DNA from: a virus
Direction: 5' to 3' (one strand)
DNA: 64,000 nucleotides
Virus record (IMG/VR): IMGVR_UViG_3300042691_047309
Span: 1 to 64,000 of that record
Every line of letters starts with the position of its first letter. Position 1 is the stretch's first letter. Below are positions 18,065 through 27,265 of the stretch, piece after piece. Under the pieces are notes generated by a model, which did no database searches, was not told the origin of the DNA, and saw only the letters and a list, made by a program, of their open reading frames with translations. The position numbers and the translations under genes are program-made.

Positions 18065-18906
18065 AAATACTCATATCAGACATATACTTAAAAGGAAAGG
18101 ATAACTGTGACTGGAAAGATGGATACGAATTATATTACGCATTTAAAAGTTTAGGCTATGAGTGTGATATTGCTGGTAAAAATGGAGATATACCAGAAGC
18201 CGAAATTCCAAACATAGCTAATAATTATGATTTAGTAATTATTACTGAAAACTATCATCAATATAGCCAATGGGAATGGTGGAACTGGAAAGAAGTAAAA
18301 ACTCCAAAGTTATTTTGGGCTATTGATACTCATTTAATAGATTTTACTGATTTCATTAACTATCACAATATAGACTATGTTGCATTCAACAACAAAAGAG
18401 ATATTGATAAAATGATAACATCTGCAAAGAAATTTTGGCTTCCTTATGGGATTTCAAAAAAACACTATGGTGTTGATTATGAAACTGAAAAAGTTCATGA
18501 TATTACATTTATTGGAGGATTAAATCCTGATAGACAAAGTTATATTTCAAAATATAATATGGAACACTTTCAACTTTATGGTCCTAACTATGTTAGGGAA
18601 ATGCAAAAGTCTAAAATTTGTTTTAATAAATCTATGTCTCATGATTTAAATGCTAAAAATATGGAAATAATTGGATCAGGAACTTTTATGTTATCAAATA
18701 TGAATCAAGATTTTTTAGATTTCATGGATAATAATGAAGATATAAAAGAAATGCTCTATCTAAATGATATTGACTTAGATATTAAAATAAAATATTACTT
18801 AGATAACGAAGAGAAAAGAGAAGAAATAGCAAAAAGAGCTCGTAAATATATTTTTGAAAACCACTCTTATGAGAAAAGAATGGAATACTTAATAACAAAT
18901 TTATAA
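18061..18906 (+). CDS. GT-B glycosyltransferase (CgeB-like C-terminal domain)
   Basis: DITFIGG, SKICFN, EIIGSG, REEIAKRA, HSY. Confidence 0.7.
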   Translation: MKILISDIYLKGKDNCDWKDGYELYYAFKSLGYECDIAGKNGDIPEAEIPNIANNYDLVIITENYHQYSQWEWWNWKEVKTPKLFWAIDTHLIDFTDFINYHNIDYVAFNNKRDIDKMITSAKKFWLPYGISKKHYGVDYETEKVHDITFIGGLNPDRQSYISKYNMEHFQLYGPNYVREMQKSKICFNKSMSHDLNAKNMEIIGSGTFMLSNMNQDFLDFMDNNEDIKEMLYLNDIDLDIKIKYYLDNEEKREEIAKRARKYIFENHSYEKRMEYLITNL

Positions 18907-18913
18907 AATAACT

Positions 18914-19723
18914 ATGAATAGAATTATATACTTACTTAAAAACGACAAAAAAGAAATTGGTATGTTGTTTCAAAGTTTAAAACTTTTGAAACAGAATTTT
19001 TTACCAAATAATAATTATCCTATTGTAATTATCCACGATGAAGAGATTGAAGATGAGATTTTTACTCAATTAAAATCTTATTCAGATGTAGATTTTGAAA
19101 CTATCTTAATAAGTTTTGATAGTGATGATTATAAAAGTAAAACAATAGGAGTTCCTGAATATGTTATGGTTCCGGGTATAGATAGAGGATTTGGAATCGG
19201 ATATAGACATATGTGTAGATTTTACTCATATGGATTGTATCAGATACCTCAATTGCAAGATACTAACTATTATTTGAGATTAGATTGTGACTCTTATTTT
19301 GTAAGTCCGGTTACATATGATATTTTTAAACATATGGAAGAAGGACGGTTTGTATATGGATACAATCAAATTACTACAGATAATCCATTGGTTTCAAAGA
19401 ACCTTTGGGAAGTTAGTAAGGAATATTCCAAAACGACAACTGTTTTAAAAACTCCTATAGATGAAGTTACACAATATAATGTTTATTATACAAACTTTGA
19501 GATAGCAAAATTTGACTGGTTTTCTAATTCAGGATATAAAGATTACTTTGAGTTTTTAGATGAACAAAATGGAATATATGAATATAGATGGGGTGACCAT
19601 TGTATAAAGTATTTGGGAGTTGAAATGTTTTTAGAAGACTCTAAAAAGTCACATATTAATTTACCATATAGACACGGAAATATTTTTGAAATAAATGATT
19701 TTGAACAATTTATTAATAGGTAA
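18914..19723 (+). CDS. GT15 (KRE2/Mnt1-like) glycosyltransferase
   Basis: YRHMCRFYS, YYLRLDCD, YYTNFEI, YRWGDH. Confidence 0.8.
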   Translation: MNRIIYLLKNDKKEIGMLFQSLKLLKQNFLPNNNYPIVIIHDEEIEDEIFTQLKSYSDVDFETILISFDSDDYKSKTIGVPEYVMVPGIDRGFGIGYRHMCRFYSYGLYQIPQLQDTNYYLRLDCDSYFVSPVTYDIFKHMEEGRFVYGYNQITTDNPLVSKNLWEVSKEYSKTTTVLKTPIDEVTQYNVYYTNFEIAKFDWFSNSGYKDYFEFLDEQNGIYEYRWGDHCIKYLGVEMFLEDSKKSHINLPYRHGNIFEINDFEQFINR

Positions 19724-20492
19724 TACTTCACAACTATCCTACTTTTTTCCTGAAGAGAACTTTATTAAAGTTTCTTCAAGAAATTTAGATTTAGAAAATT
19801 TTTCTACTAAAAAGTGGAATAGAATTTTTATATGCTTTGGTGAATCAAGAAAGTTCATAAGTGATATTAATCTACATGATGATATCAATTTTTATTTAAC
19901 GATAAAAGTAATAGATGCATTAAAAGAATGTTGTCAGTCTATTGTAGTCTATTCAAGTTGTGAATTGTGGAATAAATATGAAGGTCAAATTTCCTTAGAT
20001 TTAGATTTTAATTTTTATTCAAGTCCTTATACACAATCTAAATATAAACTATCTAAATATATTTTATCAAATCAAAATAAATACTCAAATGTTTTTATAC
20101 TTTATCCATTTAACTTTAACTCAGTTTATAGAAGCCAAAACTTTCTTTTTGGAAAAATATTTGATTCTATAATAAATAAAAAAGTAGTTGAAATAGGTGA
20201 TACTTATTTTTACAGAGATATTGTTCATCCAAAGTATATAGTTGATGAATCAATCACCGTTAATTCACATAAATTAATCGGTTCTGGTCGTAAAGTTTAT
20301 GTAAATGATTTTATAAGAGATTTATATAAACACTTTGATTTGAAATATGAAGATTATGTAGTGGAGGATTGTGATAAATTTAATGAGTATTCAAAGAAAA
20401 ATGAATACTATTTAAAATCCAATATTTGCACTTATACTTATAAACAATTACTTGAAGATACAATACAAGATATTAAATCAAATATGAAATAA
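19695..20492 (+). CDS. divergent NAD-dependent epimerase/dehydratase (SDR)
   Basis: YSS, YTQSK catalytic motif, RDIVH; glycine-rich loop degenerate. Confidence 0.6.
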   Translation: MILNNLLIGNTSQLSYFFPEENFIKVSSRNLDLENFSTKKWNRIFICFGESRKFISDINLHDDINFYLTIKVIDALKECCQSIVVYSSCELWNKYEGQISLDLDFNFYSSPYTQSKYKLSKYILSNQNKYSNVFILYPFNFNSVYRSQNFLFGKIFDSIINKKVVEIGDTYFYRDIVHPKYIVDESITVNSHKLIGSGRKVYVNDFIRDLYKHFDLKYEDYVVEDCDKFNEYSKKNEYYLKSNICTYTYKQLLEDTIQDIKSNMK

Positions 20493-21242
20493 ATGAATAT
20501 AAAATTATATGATGAGAATTTATTAAATTCTCAAAACTCTTATACTAAAGATAAATTAAATCTACTTAAATATAAATTTAAAGGTTTTGAAAATATAATA
20601 CAAAACTACTCAGCATCTCATCAAGATTTATTTGTACTTAGTATGTTAGATGGAAAACATAATGGACAATATGTTGATATTGGTGGAGGTGATCCGTATA
20701 TAAACTCCAATAGCTACTTATTGGAAAAATATTATGGTTGGAAAGGAGTTTCATTTGACCTAAAATCTGAATTAATAAATTCGTGGAAAGAAGATAGAGA
20801 AAATCCTTATTTAGTTGAAAATGCAATAACATTCAACTATTCAGATTATTTTAAAAATAATAACTTTCCTAAACAAATAGACTACTTATCTTTAGATATC
20901 GAGCCTGCTTATAATACACTGAACTGTCTCCGTAATTTACCACTTAATGATTATAGATTTAGTGTTATTACATACGAGACAGACTACTATGCAACTAGGC
21001 TTAATAACTCAGAGTCTTTAGCAAATGAAATAAGAGAAGAATCTAGAAGAATTTTACTTTCACATGGTTATATTTTAATCAGTGGTAATGTTTCAGCTAT
21101 ATCAACAGAGTGTCCTTATGAAGATTGGTACGTCGATCCTAATGTAATTGATAAATCAATCTATGAAATCTTTCTACAAACAAACGATGATAGTAAATTT
21201 TATGAAGATATCGTTTTAAAAAATAATAAAAAAAATGACTAA
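20493..21242 (+). CDS. FkbM-like methyltransferase
   Basis: QDLFV, YVDIGG, NSYLLE, IDYLSLDIEP, YEDWY. Confidence 0.75.
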   Translation: MNIKLYDENLLNSQNSYTKDKLNLLKYKFKGFENIIQNYSASHQDLFVLSMLDGKHNGQYVDIGGGDPYINSNSYLLEKYYGWKGVSFDLKSELINSWKEDRENPYLVENAITFNYSDYFKNNNFPKQIDYLSLDIEPAYNTLNCLRNLPLNDYRFSVITYETDYYATRLNNSESLANEIREESRRILLSHGYILISGNVSAISTECPYEDWYVDPNVIDKSIYEIFLQTNDDSKFYEDIVLKNNKKND

Positions 21243-22110
21243 AGTATTACTTATACATTCAGGTAACGAATTTCCACCACATATAAACGATTGTATATCA
21301 CAATTAATTAAATTTAATTTTGAAATTCATTTGGTTCTAAGTGAATCATTACATTCTTTTGTAGAGCAACCTGAAAACATTATACTTTCATCAATTGAAG
21401 AAAACACCGATTATAGATATGAAAGCTTTACTGTTAATCATGATATATCCTTTAGAGATTCTTTTTGGTTAAGAGTTTCAAATAGATTTTTTATTATTGA
21501 CAATTATGCAAAAAAAAATAATATAGAAAATTTTATCTATATCGAAAATGATGTATTATTATACAACAACTTTGAAAAAAATATAGAAATACTTAAAAAG
21601 ACTAATTGTGAAATTTGCGTATCAGTGGATTCTGAAAGAAGAGCTGTTCCTTGTTTGATATATTTTAGAGATTCTGAGGCTACATCAAACTTATCAAATC
21701 ATTATTACAATAATAGAAATTGGAATGATATGGAGAATCTTTTCATTTATTTCAATAATAACAGAGATAAAGTAATAAATTTTCCAATACTTCCGAATAA
21801 CTCGGGATTAGAACTCTGTAGTCAAACCGGAATCAGAGACACCGGAAACATTAATTACTCTTTTATGTTTGAAGAGTTTAGTTGTATATTTGATCCACAA
21901 GCAATTGGTCAGTATATTGGTGGATTAGACCAAAGAATACATCATCGCGATACGATAGGATTTGTAAATGAAACTACAATTTTTGATGTTTCAAAATTAG
22001 ATTTTATATGGATAGATTCTTTACCTTATATCAATTTTAATGATAGAAAAATTCCAATACATAATATACATGTTCATAGTAAGGATTTACAAAAATTAAT
22101 GAATATGTGA
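21235..22110 (+). CDS. putative glycosyltransferase
   Basis: YIENDVL, FDPQAIGQY, HNIHVHSK; context. Confidence 0.55.
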   Translation: MTKVLLIHSGNEFPPHINDCISQLIKFNFEIHLVLSESLHSFVEQPENIILSSIEENTDYRYESFTVNHDISFRDSFWLRVSNRFFIIDNYAKKNNIENFIYIENDVLLYNNFEKNIEILKKTNCEICVSVDSERRAVPCLIYFRDSEATSNLSNHYYNNRNWNDMENLFIYFNNNRDKVINFPILPNNSGLELCSQTGIRDTGNINYSFMFEEFSCIFDPQAIGQYIGGLDQRIHHRDTIGFVNETTIFDVSKLDFIWIDSLPYINFNDRKIPIHNIHVHSKDLQKLMNM

Positions 22111-22973
22111 TGGTAATTGACTGGATACAAGGTGATAAATTTGCATCATTAGCAAATGATAATATAGTTTTTTGTAGAACACATGATGTGAATAATTTTT
22201 TTAGAAATTGTCAAAAAGAAAAACCTTTCATATTGGTAACTCACAACAGTGATGGTTATATTACTGATAATCCAAGATATGTAAATACATTAGAGCCTCA
22301 TCATCATGCTGATGTAAGATTTATGCCTGATAATTTACATAAGTGGTTTGGTTGTATGGTTGAGTATAGTAGTGATAAAGTTATTTCTATTCCAATAGGA
22401 GTTGAGAATAATCAACACTTTGGTAACAAAGGTGAAATAATAAAATTAATAAATCAGCAAAATATTCAAAAAAGAGAAGACAAATTAGTTTATGTAAATT
22501 TCAAAATTTCCAATAATTATACAGAAAGAATTGCCTGTTATAATTCTCTTAAAGACAAAGATTTTTGTACATTCGCTGATAAAATGTTCACTGATGAGCA
22601 ATTAAATCCACCAACAGAACCTTTTCCACACATCTATAAAGAATCTTATGAACTTTTTGCTAATGAAATCAAGACTCATAAATTTGTTGTTTGTCCAGTA
22701 GGAAATGGACTTGAATCTCATCGACTCTGGGAAACACTATATTTAGGTTCTATTCCAATAACCAGACGAAATGTAAATTATGCTTTTTATGAAGACAAGA
22801 TACCTATTTTAATGATAGATGAATGGTCTGAAATAACAAAGGAATTACTTGAGGAAAAGTATATTGAAATAAATAATAAATTGAAAGAAGGTAAATATAA
22901 TCTAGAAATGCTTGAATTTTCTTATTGGTCTAATCTAATTTCAAAAGAATACAATAAATTAAAAGAAAAATGA
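22107..22973 (+). CDS. exostosin/GT47-like glycosyltransferase
   Basis: FVVCPVGNGLESHRLWETLYLGSIPI. Confidence 0.7.
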   Translation: MMVIDWIQGDKFASLANDNIVFCRTHDVNNFFRNCQKEKPFILVTHNSDGYITDNPRYVNTLEPHHHADVRFMPDNLHKWFGCMVEYSSDKVISIPIGVENNQHFGNKGEIIKLINQQNIQKREDKLVYVNFKISNNYTERIACYNSLKDKDFCTFADKMFTDEQLNPPTEPFPHIYKESYELFANEIKTHKFVVCPVGNGLESHRLWETLYLGSIPITRRNVNYAFYEDKIPILMIDEWSEITKELLEEKYIEINNKLKEGKYNLEMLEFSYWSNLISKEYNKLKEK

Positions 22974-23563
22974 AAAATTATATTCAAATAGGTACAAATA
23001 AAGGCAATGATGATTTTATGTCAATCATGAAAAATCTTGATGAAAAATCAAGAATAATTCTTATTGAGCCTCAACCTGAATTAATTGAATTAATAGAAAC
23101 TTCTTATTGTGAATTAAAAGAAATACATGACATAACTATTTTGAATGTTGGTATAGTAGTCGATAAAAAAATCAATACTTTGTATAAATACAAAAATGAT
23201 ACTGATTCTGCGCTTACTTCAATTATAGATAGAAAAAGTGTTGATTTAGAATCAGAGGAGATTAAATTTAAACCTCTCACCTTTCAAGAACTTTGTGATA
23301 ATTTTTGTATTTATGATATAGACTTACTATTCATAGATACAGAGGGATATGACTATGAAATAATAAACTCTATAGATTTTAGTAAAGTTAATATTGCGGA
23401 GATTATTTGCGAAAAATGGCCCTTTGATATTGATTCATCTGATGATATAAAAACAGGACCGTCATATTTCAACAATGTTCTGTTAAAAAAGTTATCAAAT
23501 TATGAATTGAAAGAATTTGATGAAAAAAATCACAAGTTTTTAAAGAAAAAAAATCAAATCTAA
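22970..23563 (+). CDS. FkbM-family methyltransferase
   Basis: YIQIGTN, LIEP, IDTEGYD. Confidence 0.8.
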   Translation: MKNYIQIGTNKGNDDFMSIMKNLDEKSRIILIEPQPELIELIETSYCELKEIHDITILNVGIVVDKKINTLYKYKNDTDSALTSIIDRKSVDLESEEIKFKPLTFQELCDNFCIYDIDLLFIDTEGYDYEIINSIDFSKVNIAEIICEKWPFDIDSSDDIKTGPSYFNNVLLKKLSNYELKEFDEKNHKFLKKKNQI

Positions 23564-23566
23564 AAA

Positions 23567-24331
23567 ATGATAACTGTTGAATTATTGGGTCGGCTTGGAA
23601 ATCAGATGTTTCAGTATGCTGTTTGTAGAACAATAGCTGAAAAAAACGGGTATAGTTTTCATATACCATATGATTTATCAATTAACGATGGTCATAACAT
23701 ATCAAACTATTTTAGTGTCGATATGGGTAGCTCGGATGGAGAAATAATTTATAAATTTTCAGAAGATGCGAGGATACAAAAATTTAATCCAGAAATATTT
23801 AATATTCCTGATGGAACTTTAATTTGGGGATTCTATCAAACAGATAAGTATTTCAAAGAAAATGAAAGTAATGTAAAAAGTTGGTTTAAAGTCGATTTAG
23901 ATGAAAAAACAGAAAGTATTCTTAATTTGTATAATAAAGAGGATTATTGCTTTATACATTTTAGAGGAACAGATTATAAGCAGTTTGATTCAGGATCTAG
24001 ATTTTTACCTAAGAAGTATTTTGAAGACGCTAAAAATTTAGTTAAGAAAAAAAAATCAGATATAAAATTTATTGTTATTACTGATGACATAGAAGAGGCT
24101 AAAAATTATTTTCCAGAAGATAAGTCAATATCTAATGAAATGATGGTGGATTTCAAATTACTTTATTATTCTAAATATTGTATTATACCAAATTCTACAT
24201 TTTCTTGGTGGGCTGCTTGGTTAAGTGATAAAATCATAACAGTAGCTCCTAATAATTGGTTAAACTACCAAATGCCACATCTAGGATTTTATCCTGTGGA
24301 TATTAAAGTTGAAAAATTTAATTATGTCTAA
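23567..24331 (+). CDS. GT11 alpha-1,2-fucosyltransferase
   Basis: GRLGNQMFQYA, GFYQ, HFRGTDY, NSTFSWWAAWL. Confidence 0.9.
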   Translation: MITVELLGRLGNQMFQYAVCRTIAEKNGYSFHIPYDLSINDGHNISNYFSVDMGSSDGEIIYKFSEDARIQKFNPEIFNIPDGTLIWGFYQTDKYFKENESNVKSWFKVDLDEKTESILNLYNKEDYCFIHFRGTDYKQFDSGSRFLPKKYFEDAKNLVKKKKSDIKFIVITDDIEEAKNYFPEDKSISNEMMVDFKLLYYSKYCIIPNSTFSWWAAWLSDKIITVAPNNWLNYQMPHLGFYPVDIKVEKFNYV

Positions 24332-24969
24332 TGTATATAAGCTTTGATTATCTTTGTAAAAATTACGGAACTCCTAAGGGAGTAATTCACATAGGCGCTC
24401 ACTTATTAGAAGAAAGAGATGCTTACCTAAGAAATGGAATAAAAAAAATATTATGGGTCGAAGGTAATCCATCTATATTTAATCAAATTAGTAGTATAAA
24501 TGATAATAACAATATCGAATACGAAAAGGTAGTCAATCATATCATATCCGATGTCGATGATGTTGAGTATGATTTCAAAATTACAAACAATGGCCAATCT
24601 TCTTCTATATTAGATTTAGACAGACATAAAATTTTTCACCCGGAAGTTTCTGTTGTTAGTTCGATAAAATTAAAATCAAAAAGAATGGATACTCTTATTG
24701 AAGAAATCTCATTAAACATTGATAATTTTAATTTTATCAATCTTGATATTCAGGGTGTTGAGTTACTGGCTCTAAAAGGATTTGGTGATTTGCTAAATAA
24801 AATAGACTTTGTTTATACTGAAGTAAATGTAGGATATGTCTATAAAGACTGTGCTTTAATCACAGAAATAGATGAGTATCTAAGCAGTTTTGGATTCTCA
24901 AGAACAGAGACTCATCTCACAGAAATGGAATGGGGTGATGCTTTTTATGTAAAAAAATACAATAAATAA
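24331..24969 (+). CDS. FkbM-family methyltransferase
   Basis: HIGAH, NGQSSSIL, LDIQGVEL, YTEV, WGDAFY. Confidence 0.85.
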   Translation: MYISFDYLCKNYGTPKGVIHIGAHLLEERDAYLRNGIKKILWVEGNPSIFNQISSINDNNNIEYEKVVNHIISDVDDVEYDFKITNNGQSSSILDLDRHKIFHPEVSVVSSIKLKSKRMDTLIEEISLNIDNFNFINLDIQGVELLALKGFGDLLNKIDFVYTEVNVGYVYKDCALITEIDEYLSSFGFSRTETHLTEMEWGDAFYVKKYNK

Positions 24970-25010
24970 AACTTTAATAAACTACTATATTATAAAAAAT
25001 AAAATAAATT

Positions 25011-25583
25011 ATGCCACCATTAGAAAAAAATTTGATTGATAATTGTTTATCAAAAATATCTAAATCATATACGGATTTTCCTGTTTTTATTGAAACTGGA
25101 ACTTTTATGGGAGAAACTACTCAATTAGCATTGGGTTTATTTGAAAAAACTTACACAATCGAACTTGAACCTAAATTATATGATAGAGCAGTATCGATAT
25201 TTTCAAATACTTCTAAAGTAGATGTAATGTTTGGTGATACTATTAAAGTACTCCCAGAAATTTTGAAAGAAGAAAAAAGGAATATCATTTTTTGGCTTGA
25301 TGGTCATAATTCAGGACCAGGAACCGCTGTTGGTGAAATCGACTTTCCTGCTTTACAAGAATGTGAAATTATAGATAATCAATTTAAAGGAGACTCAGGA
25401 TTAGTTTTAATTGACGATGTTAGATTGTTTGGAGTCGGTCACTCTCCTCAGATAGATGACTCACTATTGACAATAACAATTGATAAAATCATAAATTCAT
25501 TTAAAAATAAAAAAGTAGTTAATTATTGGATTTTACCAAGTTGTTTAGATCCTAATGATAGATTAGTTATTTATATCAATTAA
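25011..25583 (+). CDS. class I SAM-dependent methyltransferase-like
   Basis: FIETGT, TIEL, FWLDGH, LIDDVR. Confidence 0.7.
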   Translation: MPPLEKNLIDNCLSKISKSYTDFPVFIETGTFMGETTQLALGLFEKTYTIELEPKLYDRAVSIFSNTSKVDVMFGDTIKVLPEILKEEKRNIIFWLDGHNSGPGTAVGEIDFPALQECEIIDNQFKGDSGLVLIDDVRLFGVGHSPQIDDSLLTITIDKIINSFKNKKVVNYWILPSCLDPNDRLVIYIN

Positions 25584-25584
25584 T

Positions 25585-26682
25585 ATGAAATATGATTTTT
25601 TAATAGTTGGATCTGGATTCTTTGGCTCTATTTGTGCTCATGAATTGACAAAGAGAAATTTTAATTGCTTAGTAATTGAAAAGAGAAACCATATTGGTGG
25701 AAATTGTTATACTGAAAATAGAGATGGAATCAATATACACACGTATGGTCCTCATATCTTTCATACTTCAAATGGAACTGTTTGGAGCTGGATAAATCAA
25801 TTTGTAAAGTTCAATAATTTTACACTAAGACCAGTTGCTAATTATAAAGATGAAATTTACTCTTTACCTTTTAATATGTGGACGTTTTCTAAGTTGTGGA
25901 ATATAACTCACCCAGAACAAGCAAAAAAAATTATTGAAGAGCAATCTGCTGAAATTAATGAACCACAAAATTTAGAAGAACAAGCAATTAAACTAGTTGG
26001 TAAAGATGTCTATTATAAATTAATAAAAGGATACACAGAAAAACAATGGAGAAAGTCCGCAACTGAACTTCCTAAGGAGATTATAAAAAGACTACCTGTA
26101 AGATTTACTTATGATAATAACTATTTTAATGATAAGTATCAGGGAATTCCAATTGGTGGATATACTCAGATATTTGAAAAACTACTAGAAGGAGTAGAAG
26201 TAAAATTAGAAGTTGATTATTTAAAAGACAAAGATTATTGGAATTCAATTGCTAATAAAGTTATTTATACAGGACCAATAGATGCTTACTTTGATTATCA
26301 ATTTGGTGAATTAGAGTATAAAACAACTGAGTTTGAACACAAAAAGATTGATACTTCAAATTATCAAGGTATAGCTATGATGAACTATACAGATATCGAT
26401 GTTCCTTTTACTCGATGTATAGAACATAAACATTTTGAGGATATTATAACTGATTGTACTTGGATATCTTATGAATATCCGGTTGAATATAATAAATCAA
26501 AAGAACCTTATTATCCAGTGAATGATAATGTAAATAACTCTAAATATAATCAATATAAAAAACTTTCCGAATCTTCAGAAAATGTTTATTTTGGTGGAAG
26601 ACTCGCAGAGTATAAGTATTATGATATGCACCAGGTAATTGAGAGTGCTTTAAATTTTGTATCTGTTATATCCTCTGAATAA
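25585..26682 (+). CDS. glf: UDP-galactopyranose mutase
   Basis: VGSGFFG, HIGGNCY, YGPHIFHT, YTEKQW, EPYYP, GRLAEYKYYDM. Confidence 0.95.
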   Translation: MKYDFLIVGSGFFGSICAHELTKRNFNCLVIEKRNHIGGNCYTENRDGINIHTYGPHIFHTSNGTVWSWINQFVKFNNFTLRPVANYKDEIYSLPFNMWTFSKLWNITHPEQAKKIIEEQSAEINEPQNLEEQAIKLVGKDVYYKLIKGYTEKQWRKSATELPKEIIKRLPVRFTYDNNYFNDKYQGIPIGGYTQIFEKLLEGVEVKLEVDYLKDKDYWNSIANKVIYTGPIDAYFDYQFGELEYKTTEFEHKKIDTSNYQGIAMMNYTDIDVPFTRCIEHKHFEDIITDCTWISYEYPVEYNKSKEPYYPVNDNVNNSKYNQYKKLSESSENVYFGGRLAEYKYYDMHQVIESALNFVSVISSE

Positions 26683-27265
26683 TAGTAGGAACTTCACTTA
26701 ATTCAAGTACCTTACTTTGATTTAATAAGAACTCTATATCATAGAAATTGAAATGAAAGTTTAAAGTAAAATCTTTTGAAGAAACTTTTTGTTGTGAGTA
26801 ATTAAAGGTGTTTTCACTAAGACCTTTAAGAATAATTTCGTAAAATCTTATAACATATATTGCATCACGGTGAATATCAACACAAGTAATAGTAAAAGGA
26901 CTAATAAATGCATTTTCTGTATCTAAATAATGTTTTGTTATAATATCAAACATTAACCAATAATTCAAATCAGAATCTACACTTCGAAGAGTTACCGTTA
27001 AGTCGTGTGTTGTTGTGATATCTTGAACGTTTTTAGCGGGCTTGAATTGTCTTTCTTTACCTCTCATTGTAATTTGTTTTGGCATTTCAAATCCAATTCC
27101 AGGAAAATTAACACTTTTAATAGTAGAGTTAATATAGTCAATTACATTCTCATATTGAATCCAATTTTTTTCTAAAATAGGAGAATATGTATCAATAATT
27201 TCTGTAGGTAAGAAATCTGATGGTAGATTAAATATAAACTGGCTATTCTGACTACTTAACCTCAT
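26666..27265 (-). CDS. putative tail-tube-like virion protein
   Basis: IKSVNFPG...LTVTL...F-x-F pattern typical of T4 gp19/gp54-like tube folds; weak. Confidence 0.45.
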   Translation of the reverse strand: MRLSSQNSQFIFNLPSDFLPTEIIDTYSPILEKNWIQYENVIDYINSTIKSVNFPGIGFEMPKQITMRGKERQFKPAKNVQDITTTHDLTVTLRSVDSDLNYWLMFDIITKHYLDTENAFISPFTITCVDIHRDAIYVIRFYEIILKGLSENTFNYSQQKVSSKDFTLNFHFNFYDIEFLLNQSKVLELSEVPTIIQRI

